Assembly (NCBI GenBank): GCA_965219415.1
Contig: OZ244742.1
Span: 960,001 to 1,024,000, forward strand
Length of the DNA stretch: 64,000 bases
Source of the DNA: Candidatus Marinacidobacterales bacterium
Lineage (GTDB): Bacteria; Acidobacteriota; Vicinamibacteria; Marinacidobacterales; DATDRI01
Reading direction: 5' to 3'
Positions 1 to 10,064 of the stretch are shown in pieces; the stretch's first letter is position 1; each line of letters starts with the position of its first letter. The translations under genes were made by a program, and so were the position numbers. Under the pieces are notes generated by a model. That model was not told where the DNA came from. It worked only from the letters and a program-made list of their open reading frames with translations, and searched no databases.

Positions 1-220
1 GCGGCCAACGGAGATCATCAACAACGAAGGAGAGCTGCTCGAGCAAGCCATCGGGGATCGGTTCGATATCTACTCCCTGAGCATCAACCATGGCATTGGA
101 GGTTTCTGGAGAGCGTTCGTGTCGGCCGAGTATCTGGATCGCCAGTCGAACTACTTCCTACTTACCAAGGATAGGCTGGTGTTCGGCTTCGGAGTCGCGA
201 CCGACTTCCCGGCACGATAA
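1..220 (+). CDS. 3' end of a probable outer-membrane beta-barrel protein (partial)
   Basis: Frame 2 is open from the window edge to TAA at 218-220 (...DIYSLSINHGIGGFWRAFVSAEYLDRQSNYFLLTKDRLVFGFGVATDFPAR); alternating beta-strand pattern. Confidence 0.55.
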   Translation, partial: RPTEIINNEGELLEQAIGDRFDIYSLSINHGIGGFWRAFVSAEYLDRQSNYFLLTKDRLVFGFGVATDFPAR

Positions 221-349
221 TTTCGAAGACTCGACGCGGATACGGCCTAATAGGGACTCCCCGTAAGACCCATCGAATACACGGCTTGCCAACGACCGCC
301 AATACGGATACAATGGCGGGTCACTGTCAGTCTATTCAGAAAGAGCCCA

Positions 350-595
350 ATGAAATCGATGCCAGTTCCGTCGAGAGTCAACCACCAGAAATACGGCCTG
401 GGTGTAGTCACCGAGGTCGGCCCACAGTACACAACGATCGAGTTCGACAATCACGGGAAGAAGAAATTCGTTACCGACATCGTCAGTCTCGAGTCTAGCG
501 ATGAGCCCCCTCCGAAACGCCGACGGGGAGGTCGAAAAAAAGCCACGGCAAAGGCGGCCACCAAAGCGACCAAAGCCACGAAGTCGAAAGCTTAG
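350..595 (+). CDS. Small protein: UvrD/PcrA C-terminal Tudor-like domain plus Lys/Ala-rich basic tail
   Basis: RVNHQKYGLGVVTEV..TIEFDNHGKKKF resembles the RVxHxKFGxGxV..xFxxxGxK pattern; tail KRRRGGRKKATAKAATKATKATKSKA. Confidence 0.65.
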   Translation: MKSMPVPSRVNHQKYGLGVVTEVGPQYTTIEFDNHGKKKFVTDIVSLESSDEPPPKRRRGGRKKATAKAATKATKATKSKA

Positions 596-621
596 CCCCC
601 ACCGAGCATCGGTTTAGCCGT

Positions 622-885
622 TCAAGCTTCGTCGACGTCCTCGTCCTCTGGGAGGCTCAGTTCACCCGAGTCCGCGGCGGCTAGAAGCTCTTGGGCTCGC
701 TCGACGAACGCCTCGGGAACGTGGATCTCCACCATGCCTAGACCGTCGAGGGTTAGGCCGTGAGTCTTCCGCAGCGCTTCGCCATGAAAAGAGCAAGGGA
801 TCTCGTTGGCCTCCAAGAAAGCGCGGATCTGCTGCGCTTGGGCCTCCCCGCTCGCGGTATGGACGCATGTACGTTTGTCGGTCAT
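622..885 (-). CDS. DUF2007-like putative signal-transducing protein
   Basis: EAQAQQIRAFLEANEIPC...GMVEIHVPEAFVERAQELL; ATG at 885 overlaps the upstream stop (TAATG). Confidence 0.75.
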   Translation of the reverse strand: MTDKRTCVHTASGEAQAQQIRAFLEANEIPCSFHGEALRKTHGLTLDGLGMVEIHVPEAFVERAQELLAAADSGELSLPEDEDVDEA

Positions 886-1103
886 TAGCGAACGGTCCAG
901 CTCTCGAGGACCATGTCCCAAACGTATTCGAAGTCCTTTACGAATTCCTCTTTGGAAGTCGAGCCGTCCGGCTCCCGGAACCGCGATGTGATCCTAAATC
1001 GGATGGTCCCACCCCAAGGCTGAGATTCGTCCTTGTTCAGTTTGCGAACTTGAACGTCTTCGATCTCCCAGTTGGCCGTGACCCCATACGCAAGGTCCAG
1101 GTT

Positions 1104-2538
1104 GAGTCAAGCCCATTCTTAGTTGAAACTCTCCACGGCTCACGTTTAAGCGACCTTCTTCTTCGATACGGTTGATGTCTTCGCCTCGATCTTCAGTTCC
1201 CGCTTGAGAGCTTCGCGAAGCTTGGGAAGATGGCGGTAGCCCACCACCTTCCTCAAGCGCGGTTCGATGTCTACGAGCGCCGTTGCCAACCAGCGCTGGC
1301 GTTGGCTCGAGTTCTTCCAGTGGTCGACCTTCGCGCAGCGTTCCTCGACGAGAGCATTGACGGACTCAAGGCAGTTCGTCGTCTTGAACGAACGGCCCAG
1401 CACCGCGTGCACGCCGAGTCGATGCAACGTCAGCGTCTCCTCGAGGCCTTCCTCCAGGCTGCCAGCTGCGGATTGGTTCCGCTCTTCTAACTCACCGTGG
1501 AGTTGCTCGAGCGCAGTGAGGGCCTCTTCGTACTCCGGCCTGTTGTAGGCCCACTGGAGCCGCTTGCGCCATGACGCCTACTCGCCCTTGGACAGGTAGC
1601 TCACTACGTTTTCACGTTTGTGCCACTGGCAGCGTTGTATCAGGGCCCGCTTACGGAATGCCTTCTTGACTGCCGCTTGGAGACCCTTGCCGCCGTCGAT
1701 GATCACCAGCAGACCCTGGGAGATATCGAGTCCCCGCTCGAGCAGTGAACGCAGGAACGGCGTCAACACCTGCGCGTTCTCCGTGTCCGTCTCCACGAAG
1801 CCCAAGAAGCGTTTTTCCCCGCAAAGCGTGATGCCCAGAGCCACGACCATCGTTGCCTCGGCGAATGTCTTCCCATCCAGAAACAGCGCCACCACATCCT
1901 CGCCGGTCAGATCCCGTTCCTGCATCTCCCGCAGCTTCGCAGCGCTCGCTTGCACGAACCCTCGGGACACCGTTGAGCTCGACAGCCCGATGGCGCCCGG
2001 AATCGCTTCCGCTGCCGCCTCGTAGTTGCGACAAGAGATTCCGTAGAGAACTCGTTTCAGCAGAAGATCATTCACCTCACCGCCGTGGCTCACCGCCTCG
2101 TAGCAGCGAAGCGGAATCTCTCCTCCCTCGATGCTCCGAACCCGTGGCACACGGATCGGTACCCGCTGGCCGCCAAGCCCTACCGTGCCCGGGTTGCTTC
2201 CGGGACGGCGACCGCGCTCCAGCTCGTCCTTGCGAGAGTATCGCTCTCCCACCAACGCCTTCACTTCGTCGTCGAGCAACTCGTGAACGTGCATTAGACC
2301 AAGGGGGACCAACCAACGGATCATCTCTACCTTGGCGTCCAGCGCGAGTTCCCCGTAATCCTCGTGCCTCACCATCTCGACCTCACCCAAACGACGCGAC
2401 TTCTTGCGTTTCTTGACCGAACGTAGCAGACTTCCCATCTCGGCTCCTTTCTTCGCGGCTTGATTTTGTTTTGTCCAACGCCATCAAACCACGGGGTTTG
2501 GAGCCGTTTCAATTCCCAACTAAGATTGGCACACTTTC
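1104..2538 (-). mobile_element. IS256-family insertion sequence
   Basis: 38-bp imperfect terminal IRs (GAGTCAAGCCCATTCTTAGTTG.. vs GAAAGTGTGCCAATCTTAGTTG..); 8-bp TSD TCCAGGTT at 1096-1103 and 2539-2546; encodes a transposase. Confidence 0.92.
1146..2438 (-). pseudogene. IS256 (Mutator-type) DDE transposase with one in-frame TAG at 1578-1580
   Basis: LFLDG, IIDGGKGL, QRCQWHK and TTNCLESVN motifs; ORFs 1578..2438 and 1146..1427 share a frame. Confidence 0.88.
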
Positions 2539-2762
2539 TCCAGGTTCTCTCCTTTCAAATTCTGGGCCTCATCACGAAGAAGCGACAGCACGGTCTCCTC
2601 AGGAGGGGCCTTCTTGCCAACAACCCCACAGGCAGTCGCGAAAACAACAATCCCGGAAAGCAGCCATACCCATCGCATGAATCGAGGCTAACAGGCTCAG
2701 AAGACCAAAGCAACCAACCCCAAGGCTCTGCAGGACGTTGGACATGGGCTCTTTTATTAATT

Positions 2763-2782
2763 AGAATTAGTATATTAATTCT
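2763..2782. promoter_or_regulatory. Palindromic operator, probably TetR-type
   Basis: AGAATTAGTATATTAATTCT, a near-perfect inverted repeat in the AT-rich region just upstream of a TetR gene. Confidence 0.55.
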
Positions 2783-2814
2783 TGTTTAGGACAAATGTAA
2801 TGATAGCTGATTCA

Positions 2815-3171
2815 ATGACATACGGGGTCAATCCGCCTTTGCAGGAGCGGAGTCAGCACACTCTGGACCGGATCGTAAGCGCCGCCGAGTCCCTCATTCG
2901 AGAGAAGGGCCTCGACGGCACCTCCATTTCCGAGATCGTCTCCCGGGCCGAGGTTTCCGTTGGCTCCTTCTACGCACGCTTCCGCGGCAAGGAATCGCTC
3001 CTACAATGCCTACTCGGGCGGGCAACTGATCTACACCGAAGAAACGGGTCGACTGTGGATTGTGCTCCTCGAAAAATGGAGGGCAGAAGTAGCGGGTCGG
3101 TAAGAAAAGAAGGGACCGGCGGCTACCTCCTAAGCGGAAGTTCGCCAGCCGGCCCCCGGGTCTTGCCATGA
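2815..3171 (+). pseudogene. TetR/AcrR regulator, truncated after the HTH
   Basis: QERSQHTLDRIVSAAESLIREKGLDGTSISEIVSRAEVSVGSFYARFRGKESLL; no normal ligand-binding domain follows. Confidence 0.75.
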
Positions 3172-3181
3172 AGCTAAAGCG

Positions 3182-3691
3182 CTAGTGCCATTTCAGGGCG
3201 CCGTTCATCTCGGCGATAGCCTTCTTCATCGCCTTCGGCTTGCCGGTACGGTACTTATTCCCAATGGGATCGGCGGCGCGAAAGTCGATGGAGCCGACGC
3301 GCCGGCTTCCGGTCTCCCGAACGTAGATCTTCCCTGCCGGGAAATTGTGCGGGACGGCGACGGCCTCTAGGACTGCTACCGGCGCAAACTCTTTGAACTC
3401 GTCCATCGGCATGGTGAGGCTGATCTCGGCGTCCGCCTTGTCTTCGTAATCGGCGGAATCGGTCATCCTCACTTCGCACTTCCACCGATCCTTCTTCTTG
3501 AGCTTCCCGCCCTCTTCGCTCAGCTGCGCGGCGTACGCGGTCATACTCTCTCCGAGCATGGAGTCCAACTTAGCTTGCAGTTTCTTCTGGTAGTCTTCCT
3601 GACGCCCTTTCCTCTGCGCATGGGCGTTCGCTGCCACCATCAAACCGGCGATCGCCGCCAGCGCTAGCGACATTTTCACGACTCGTCTCAT
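3182..3691 (-). CDS. Exported hypothetical protein
   Basis: Signal peptide ending ANAHA; GGAGG upstream. Confidence 0.7.
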   Translation of the reverse strand: MRRVVKMSLALAAIAGLMVAANAHAQRKGRQEDYQKKLQAKLDSMLGESMTAYAAQLSEEGGKLKKKDRWKCEVRMTDSADYEDKADAEISLTMPMDEFKEFAPVAVLEAVAVPHNFPAGKIYVRETGSRRVGSIDFRAADPIGNKYRTGKPKAMKKAIAEMNGALKWH

Positions 3692-3845
3692 TCACCCACC
3701 TCCATCGTGGTTTCTACGAGATTGTTTCGAAACGTACGGCCAAGGGGTTCTTGGCCAACAGTTGAGTAATTCGCTGTTGAAGGATGGAACGATTGTAGCA
3801 CGGCGACCGGACGGAACAAATACGGGCCGGCCTAGCCAAGAAATT

Positions 3846-6800
3846 TCAAATCGAAATGCGGCTGGTGCCACCAAAAGCAGGGACCTGGGAAGTGTTCTCG
3901 GAGGTGTCGAGAGGCACTCCGTCGCGAAGCCGGAGAGTGTCACCGGATAACGCACTGAGCCGAGGGCCGGGCAGAACGATGCCAAGAAGATTAAGAGGGT
4001 CGGCGGCGGCAAGCCGACTCTCTTCACCGTCTTTGGCGGACTTGCGCACCGATCGTAGAAGCTCGATGGCCTCCGGAAGCGCGAACTGCTCGCCCAGGAA
4101 ACCACCCACGAAGCGACCACCCCGGATCTCCCCGCTCGCCTCTAGGCGACGGAGAACTACCAGCAAATCTCGCCATGCCGGAGCCAGCGTCTCGCGGGCC
4201 AACAAGTCTCGAAAGGCAACTCCCCAACGGCACAACAATTGCCTAGCGAACCGCTCGACAGGATCGGCGGCGACCGTCTCCTCGACATCCCCTACTCTGG
4301 GGATCGCGCGCAAGAGAGCCCAACGTCCCGCGGCGTGACGAGGACGGCCCAACCGCCCGCGGCCTTCGCCCCGGCGTCGTTTCACGTCGACCAGGAACCG
4401 GAGGTTCTCGAAACCGTCCGCCGATACCAGCCCTGCCGCCAAGAGCTCCCACAACGAATCTTCAACCTCGCTCGCCAAGCGACCCGTTCCCCGCCTGAGT
4501 TCCTCGAAGAAAGAGGCCCCGCGACGCTCCAACTCGCCCAGTACCTCGCGGGCCGGATGCGATAGCACCGCCGTTTCCACTTCATCCGGACCGGCGGTCT
4601 GCGCCACACCCAAGAGCCACTCCGCATCTTCGCGAAGGAAGATCGAAAGCGGAGCGACGCGGGTCGGTCGAACCCGACGGCCGTTGCCATCGTTCGAGCC
4701 GCGGGAATCATCGAAGGCTGGATGGCGCGACAACCTTCCCCACATGACCTCGCCGGAAAGACAAAGCCGATCCAAGAGATCCGATTCGTATCGACCCAGC
4801 CGAGCGGGAAGAATACGAGACTCCCAAGCCGCCGCGGACAACTCGTAACCTTGAAGCTGGCGGATGATCTCGAACGTGCCGTCGACGCCGTGCAGGCGAT
4901 TCCCCGAGCTCACATGCTGCCATCGCAAGAGAAAACGCATGAAGTCCTGTGTCGTGACCGGCTCGATCTCCCGCCGCAGACGCCCCAATGTGAGACGATG
5001 GATGCGAGCCAAGAGCCTTCGATTGCACCACTCTGTTTCTCGGTCCGGCGTCGTCCGCCGCGTGAAGTTCCCACGAAGAACCTGGCCGTCTCCCTCGAGC
5101 CGCAAGAGCCCCGCATCGACGAGTTCCTTCGGTAGCGCGAGTCGCTCCCCCAATTCGGTGGCCGTCTGTGGGCCGGTAGACTCCAGCCAACCTCGAAGGA
5201 CCTCGGCAACCGCACCCCCCCGACCTTCGGGAACGCCGCCCGCCGGCGGTACCGAGTCGATGGCCGGTGAGAAGACTGCTTGCGGATAAGCTGCCCTCAG
5301 CAGATCCATTCGCTCTGCGGCGACCCAGAATGTCTTCCCGTCTAGTTTCAAATTGGTCGCGCGACGATCTGCTTCGAGCTCGCCCAAGAAGGGACTCCAC
5401 TCGGCGTTTGGTTCCGCGATCACAAGCGTGAGCATGGCATCGTGAAGCTCGTCTGCATCACGCACCACCGGCCACGATTCCGACCGGACTTGAGTGATGG
5501 CGGCGGGATCCAAGGAACCCGCTTCCTCCACCAGCTCACCGGGAAGAGTGCGGCGCAATTGCACTGCGCGGGCGCGCCGCTCTTCGAGGGGTGCGTCATC
5601 GAGAAACGCGTAAGGGTTCGCATTCAAGATTTCGTGTGAGAAAGGAGACGGCTCGGCAGTGTCAATGGCGACCGTCTTGACCTCCCCCGCCGAAATCCCT
5701 TCCAGAAGCTCCGTCAACCTGTTGAGATCCATGGCCTCGTGGAGACAATCGCCGATCGTCTCCTTGACCAAAGGGTGGTCCGGAACATTGATCTCGCCGG
5801 CGAGGTTCTCGGCGCACGCGGCCTGATCCGGAAACACCGCCGCCAACAAGTCGTCCGATCTCATCCTTTGAAGGGCCGGGAAGACTTTCTTCCCGCCCGA
5901 GAAACGTAGGACCGCCAGGGCGCGAGAAACGTTCCACCTCCAGCGAGCGGTGAACATCGGTGTCGGCAAAAGGGCCTGCGTAAGAACCTGCTCGACGGTG
6001 TTGGTATTCAGAAATCCAAAGATGATCTCGAGAGGAAACGCGTGTTGCTCGCCGAGCGAGATGACGATGCCATTGTCGGTCGCCGCCGCCTGAAGCTCGA
6101 AATTGAAAGAACGACAGAAGCGCTTTCGAAGTGCCAGACCCCAGGCTCGGTTGATGCGGGATCCGAAAGGCGCGTGAAGGACGAGCTGCATGCCGCCGGC
6201 TTCATCGAAGAATCGCTCCGCCACCACCGTGTCGTGGCTAGGTAGTGCACCGAGAGCGGCCCGACCAGCCCTTACATACTCGATGGTCTGCTCGGCTCCG
6301 CGTCGATCCAGGCCACATTCCCCTTCTAGAAAAGCGAGCGCTTCGGCCGGATCCCGATCGGAACGGCTCGCCGTCTCCTCCCGGATCCGCGAGATTTCCT
6401 CAGAAAGCTCGACCGTGCGTCCGGGAGCCTCGCCTCTCCAAAAAGGAATCGTCGGAGCGGCACCGTGCGCGTCTTCGACACGAACCCGTCCTGTTTCGAC
6501 GCGTCGGATGCGCCAAGAACTGGTCCCGAGCAGGAAGATGTCTCCGGAGATGCTCTCCACCGCGAAGTCTTCATCAATCGTGCCGACGACCTTGCCCTCT
6601 GGCTCGGCGACGACTAGATAGTTGGCGTTGTCGGGAATCGCCCCTCCCGACGTGATGGCGGCCAACCGAGCGCCTCGGAGATAGGCTCTTCCCCGTCCGC
6701 GCTTGGTTGCGATCCCTTCGGAGAGCATCTCGAGCACCGCGTCGTAGTCGGCGCGGTCGAGGTTCCGGTAGGAATACGTTCCGCGAAGGAGTTTAAATAA

Positions 6801-8078
6801 GCCTTCTTCCGACCAATCCTCGCAAGCGACGGCGGCCACGATCTGCTGCGCCGCGATATCGAGAGGCGCATCCGGGATCTCGAGACGATCGAGCTCCCCG
6901 GAGCGAATCGCGCGAACGAGAGCGGCACACTCCACAAGCTCGTCCCGCGTCGTGGCAAAGAAGCGACCCTTGGGCATCGCTCCCATCCAGTGCCCGGAGC
7001 GTCCAACGCGCTGCAGCGCGACTCCGATCGCGCGGGGGGAACCAATTTGACAGACGAGCTCGACCGAACCGATATCGATGCCGAGCTCGAGAGACGCCGT
7101 TGCGACAACCGCGCGAAGCTTCCCCTCTTTCAGCTTTTCTTCGGCTTTCAAACGCAGGCTTCGCGAGAGGCTCCCGTGGTGGGCCATCACCGCTTCCTCG
7201 CCCAGCCGCTCCGTTAGGTGATGCGACACCCTTTCGGATAGTCGACGGGTGTTCACAAAAATGAGCGTCGTGCGATGAGCTTCGATGAGCTGTGCCAGTC
7301 GACCGTAAATCTCACTCCACATTTCGTTGGTGGCAACGACTCCCAGCTCATCCTCGGGAACCGAGACCGCGAGATCCATCTCGCGACGGTGACCGACGTC
7401 GACGATGGTGACGTTGTCGCTCAGGAATCCGGCGACTTCTTCGATCGGCCTGACCGTCGCCGAAAGGCCGACTCGCTGCGGCCTCGGGGCGCCACTCTTG
7501 ACAACCAAGTCCTCGAGCCGTGCCAGAGACAAAGCCAGATGGGATCCCCGTTTGTCGTCGGCGACGGCGTGGATCTCATCGACGATGATCGTCCCCACCT
7601 GGCGAAGAATCTGCCGACTCTTCTCTGCGGTGAGCAAGATGTAAAGCGACTCGGGTGTGGTGACGAGGATATGGGGAGGCTTGCGCAGCATGGACTGGCG
7701 CTCCGACGCCAACGTGTCCCCGGTGCGAACCGCGGCGCGTATCGGCGTCATGACCTCGCGCCGGGTTGCCGCCAGCGCCGAAATCTCGGCCAGGGGCCGC
7801 TCGAGGTTCTTGTGGATATCGTTGCTCAACGCCTTGAGGGGCGATACGTAGAGTGCGTATGTGCGGTCCTCCAGCGTGCCATCCTTCGCGGAACGGACGA
7901 GACCATCCAAGCAAAGGAGGAACGCGGCCAGCGTCTTTCCCGAGCCCGTGGGCGCCGAGATCAGCACATCCTGGCCGGAGCGAATCTCCGGCCACCCCTG
8001 TATCTGCGGCTCCGTGGGGGCGGCGAATCTCTCGTCGAACCACGTAGAAATCAGGGGATTGAACTTGGATAAGGGCAT
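3846..8078 (-). CDS. lhr: Lhr-family DEAD/DEAH ATP-dependent helicase (long form)
   Basis: APTGSGKT, DEIH, SAT, ATASLELGID, QRVGRSGH motifs; 1410 aa with extended C-terminal domain. Confidence 0.93.
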   Translation of the reverse strand: MPLSKFNPLISTWFDERFAAPTEPQIQGWPEIRSGQDVLISAPTGSGKTLAAFLLCLDGLVRSAKDGTLEDRTYALYVSPLKALSNDIHKNLERPLAEISALAATRREVMTPIRAAVRTGDTLASERQSMLRKPPHILVTTPESLYILLTAEKSRQILRQVGTIIVDEIHAVADDKRGSHLALSLARLEDLVVKSGAPRPQRVGLSATVRPIEEVAGFLSDNVTIVDVGHRREMDLAVSVPEDELGVVATNEMWSEIYGRLAQLIEAHRTTLIFVNTRRLSERVSHHLTERLGEEAVMAHHGSLSRSLRLKAEEKLKEGKLRAVVATASLELGIDIGSVELVCQIGSPRAIGVALQRVGRSGHWMGAMPKGRFFATTRDELVECAALVRAIRSGELDRLEIPDAPLDIAAQQIVAAVACEDWSEEGLFKLLRGTYSYRNLDRADYDAVLEMLSEGIATKRGRGRAYLRGARLAAITSGGAIPDNANYLVVAEPEGKVVGTIDEDFAVESISGDIFLLGTSSWRIRRVETGRVRVEDAHGAAPTIPFWRGEAPGRTVELSEEISRIREETASRSDRDPAEALAFLEGECGLDRRGAEQTIEYVRAGRAALGALPSHDTVVAERFFDEAGGMQLVLHAPFGSRINRAWGLALRKRFCRSFNFELQAAATDNGIVISLGEQHAFPLEIIFGFLNTNTVEQVLTQALLPTPMFTARWRWNVSRALAVLRFSGGKKVFPALQRMRSDDLLAAVFPDQAACAENLAGEINVPDHPLVKETIGDCLHEAMDLNRLTELLEGISAGEVKTVAIDTAEPSPFSHEILNANPYAFLDDAPLEERRARAVQLRRTLPGELVEEAGSLDPAAITQVRSESWPVVRDADELHDAMLTLVIAEPNAEWSPFLGELEADRRATNLKLDGKTFWVAAERMDLLRAAYPQAVFSPAIDSVPPAGGVPEGRGGAVAEVLRGWLESTGPQTATELGERLALPKELVDAGLLRLEGDGQVLRGNFTRRTTPDRETEWCNRRLLARIHRLTLGRLRREIEPVTTQDFMRFLLRWQHVSSGNRLHGVDGTFEIIRQLQGYELSAAAWESRILPARLGRYESDLLDRLCLSGEVMWGRLSRHPAFDDSRGSNDGNGRRVRPTRVAPLSIFLREDAEWLLGVAQTAGPDEVETAVLSHPAREVLGELERRGASFFEELRRGTGRLASEVEDSLWELLAAGLVSADGFENLRFLVDVKRRRGEGRGRLGRPRHAAGRWALLRAIPRVGDVEETVAADPVERFARQLLCRWGVAFRDLLARETLAPAWRDLLVVLRRLEASGEIRGGRFVGGFLGEQFALPEAIELLRSVRKSAKDGEESRLAAADPLNLLGIVLPGPRLSALSGDTLRLRDGVPLDTSENTSQVPAFGGTSRISI

Positions 8079-8111
8079 GAGTAGGCCTATTCTAGCCCGA
8101 TTCTGGGAGGA

Positions 8112-8996
8112 ATGATGGGGAGACTAAACGTAGCGAAACGATTTCTCGGCCTGGTCCTGCTTTGCGGCATCTGTTCGACCGCCGAGTCTCAAAGTGTCGG
8201 CCCTGCGACCGGCGCGTTGGTCGCGGTGGGGGGGACCATGAAAGATCCCGCGATTCTCGCGCATTTCTTGGCGCTGGCCGGCGGACCGGAAGCCCCTATC
8301 GTCGTGATCCCGACCGCCGGAACGAGCGATCCCTACGACCAGTACTGGTCCGGCCTCGAGCCTTTCCGCGCCGCGGGAGCGAAAAAACTGACGGTCCTTC
8401 ATACGAGGGATCGAGACGTCGCCAATTCCGACGAGTTCGCGAGGCCGACTCGGGAAGCTCGCGGCGTTTGGTTTACCGGAGGGAGGCAGTGGCGCCTCGC
8501 CGATTCATATCTGGGTACGCTCACCCACCGTGAGCTTCAAGCCGTTCTCGAACGGGGCGGGGTCATCGGTGGCTCCTCGGCAGGGGCCACCATTCAAGGG
8601 TCCTACCTTGCCCGCGGCGACACCAAGGCCAACACGATCATGATGGGAGATCATGAAGAAGGACTCTCCTTCATCAAGGACGTGGCCATCGATCAGCACT
8701 TATTGAGGAGGAACCGGCAATTCGATCTGATCGAGATCGTCGAGGCCCACCCCAAGCTCCTCGGCATCGGGATCGACGAAGACACCGCCATCGTCGTACG
8801 AGGCGATAGCTTCGAAGTGATCGGCCAGGGCTACGTGGCCATTTACGATCACAAACGTCTCGTCAGCCCCCGAGGCAAGTTCTATCTCTTGGCTGCGGGC
8901 GATCGATTCGACTTGAAGGAAAGACAGCCCACCCGACTCACCTACTCGCCCGAGCCGTTTTCCGAGCTCCATGCGGAGCCGTGGCCGAAGCAGTAG
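8112..8996 (+). CDS. Cyanophycinase (peptidase S51) with signal peptide
   Basis: IPTA, FTGGRQ, GSSAGA nucleophile motif, IDQH, GIGIDEDTA. Confidence 0.88.
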   Translation: MMGRLNVAKRFLGLVLLCGICSTAESQSVGPATGALVAVGGTMKDPAILAHFLALAGGPEAPIVVIPTAGTSDPYDQYWSGLEPFRAAGAKKLTVLHTRDRDVANSDEFARPTREARGVWFTGGRQWRLADSYLGTLTHRELQAVLERGGVIGGSSAGATIQGSYLARGDTKANTIMMGDHEEGLSFIKDVAIDQHLLRRNRQFDLIEIVEAHPKLLGIGIDEDTAIVVRGDSFEVIGQGYVAIYDHKRLVSPRGKFYLLAAGDRFDLKERQPTRLTYSPEPFSELHAEPWPKQ

Positions 8997-9015
8997 CCGG
9001 GCGCTTGATCCGACT

Positions 9016-9441
9016 CTAGAGTCCCAACACCTGGAAACCCTCTCGCCGGGCAGCCCCTCCGAGTCGGTCGTCCAAACAAACGAACTCCAGAGTCGACGGC
9101 CGGTTCTCAGCAGCCATGAATGCCGCTGCTAGCTGCAGAGAGTCACCTGCCCTCAAGCTGTGTAGCCGGAGCACTCGACGAGCGGCCTCTCGAAGAACAT
9201 CTACCGGCTGAACCTCGTGCCAGAGGGAGGAGATCGCGTCGAGCCGACGGAAGGCCTCATCGGCGCTCTTCGGTGACAGCTTGTGCTCCCGCTCTAACCG
9301 AGCGATCGCTGAATCGCATTCGACACTTGTTCCCCACCAAACAATGAGACCGGGGTCTTCTCGGAAATACGCCTCGACGGCGGGCGACGCACTCTGATGA
9401 ACCAATAGCGGAACCACCGCAGAGCTATCCCAGAACTTCAC
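9016..9441 (-). CDS. vapC: VapC PIN-domain toxin
   Basis: MKFWDSSAVVPL, LRAGDSLQLAAA, CLDDRL. Confidence 0.9.
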   Translation of the reverse strand: MKFWDSSAVVPLLVHQSASPAVEAYFREDPGLIVWWGTSVECDSAIARLEREHKLSPKSADEAFRRLDAISSLWHEVQPVDVLREAARRVLRLHSLRAGDSLQLAAAFMAAENRPSTLEFVCLDDRLGGAARREGFQVLGL

Positions 9442-9737
9442 CGTCCCTCCTCGCGATCCGCCAGAAGCGCTTGAAGAATGTCGCCGCCTTTCACGGCTCT
9501 CGGCGGACGCTTCTTCAGAACCTCATCACCCGTCGACTTACGGCCGCGGCGAATCAGACCCGCCCGTTCCAATCGAGACAGCCGTCCGTCTTCGTCGTCT
9601 CCCTCGGCGGTGACGACCGGTTCTAGCCGAGCCACCGGACGATTGCGGTCCACAATGAGGATGGTTTCTCCGTGGCGAACCCGGTCCAGCAAAGCACTGA
9701 GCTGGTTTTTTGTTTGGGATATTGTAGCTACTTTCAT
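9438..9737 (-). CDS. Phd/YefM-family antitoxin
   Basis: ISQTKNQLSALLDRVRHGETILIVDRNRPVARL; 4-nt overlap with the toxin. Confidence 0.9.
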   Translation of the reverse strand: MKVATISQTKNQLSALLDRVRHGETILIVDRNRPVARLEPVVTAEGDDEDGRLSRLERAGLIRRGRKSTGDEVLKKRPPRAVKGGDILQALLADREEGR

Positions 9738-9825
9738 AAAGCTATAATAATCTTTTGCAAAAAGTCGATCAAGCCATAATCCATCCCGTTTGACACGGAG
9801 TTCGTGTTACACGAAAATAGTGTAA
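9738..9825. promoter_or_regulatory. Divergent sigma70-like promoters with operator palindromes
   Basis: Plus strand TTGACA(9790-95)-17-GAAAAT; minus strand TTGATC-17-TATTAT; each -10 ends 6 nt before an ATG; ACACG..CGTGT and TTACAC..GTGTAA palindromes. Confidence 0.55.
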
Positions 9826-10064
9826 TGAAGAATGTGACCATCACTCTCGAGGAAGAAGTGGCGCGCTGGGCGCGGATTCGGGCCGCCGAGGAGAACACCA
9901 GTGTCTCCCGGCTCGTGGGCCAGCTACTTCGTCAACATATGAATGAGCAAGACACCTACGATAAGGCGATGAGGCAGTTTTTGTCCGGCAAGCCCGTAAC
10001 CTTGAAGCGAAAAGGAAAGTATCCACGTCGCGAGGAGCTTCATGAGCGGACCCGTATTCGTTGA
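9825..10064 (+). CDS. Ribbon-helix-helix (CopG-like) antitoxin
   Basis: MKNVTITLEEEVARWARIRAAEENTSVSRLV...REELHER. Confidence 0.85.
   Translation: MKNVTITLEEEVARWARIRAAEENTSVSRLVGQLLRQHMNEQDTYDKAMRQFLSGKPVTLKRKGKYPRREELHERTRIR

Larger units (their letters stand above)
885..2678 (-). pseudogene. Lipoprotein gene interrupted by IS256
   Basis: Removing the IS and one TSD copy restores a 116-aa ORF MRWVWLLSGIVVFATAC...GENL/DLAYGV...ESWTVR* with a lipobox. Confidence 0.8.
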
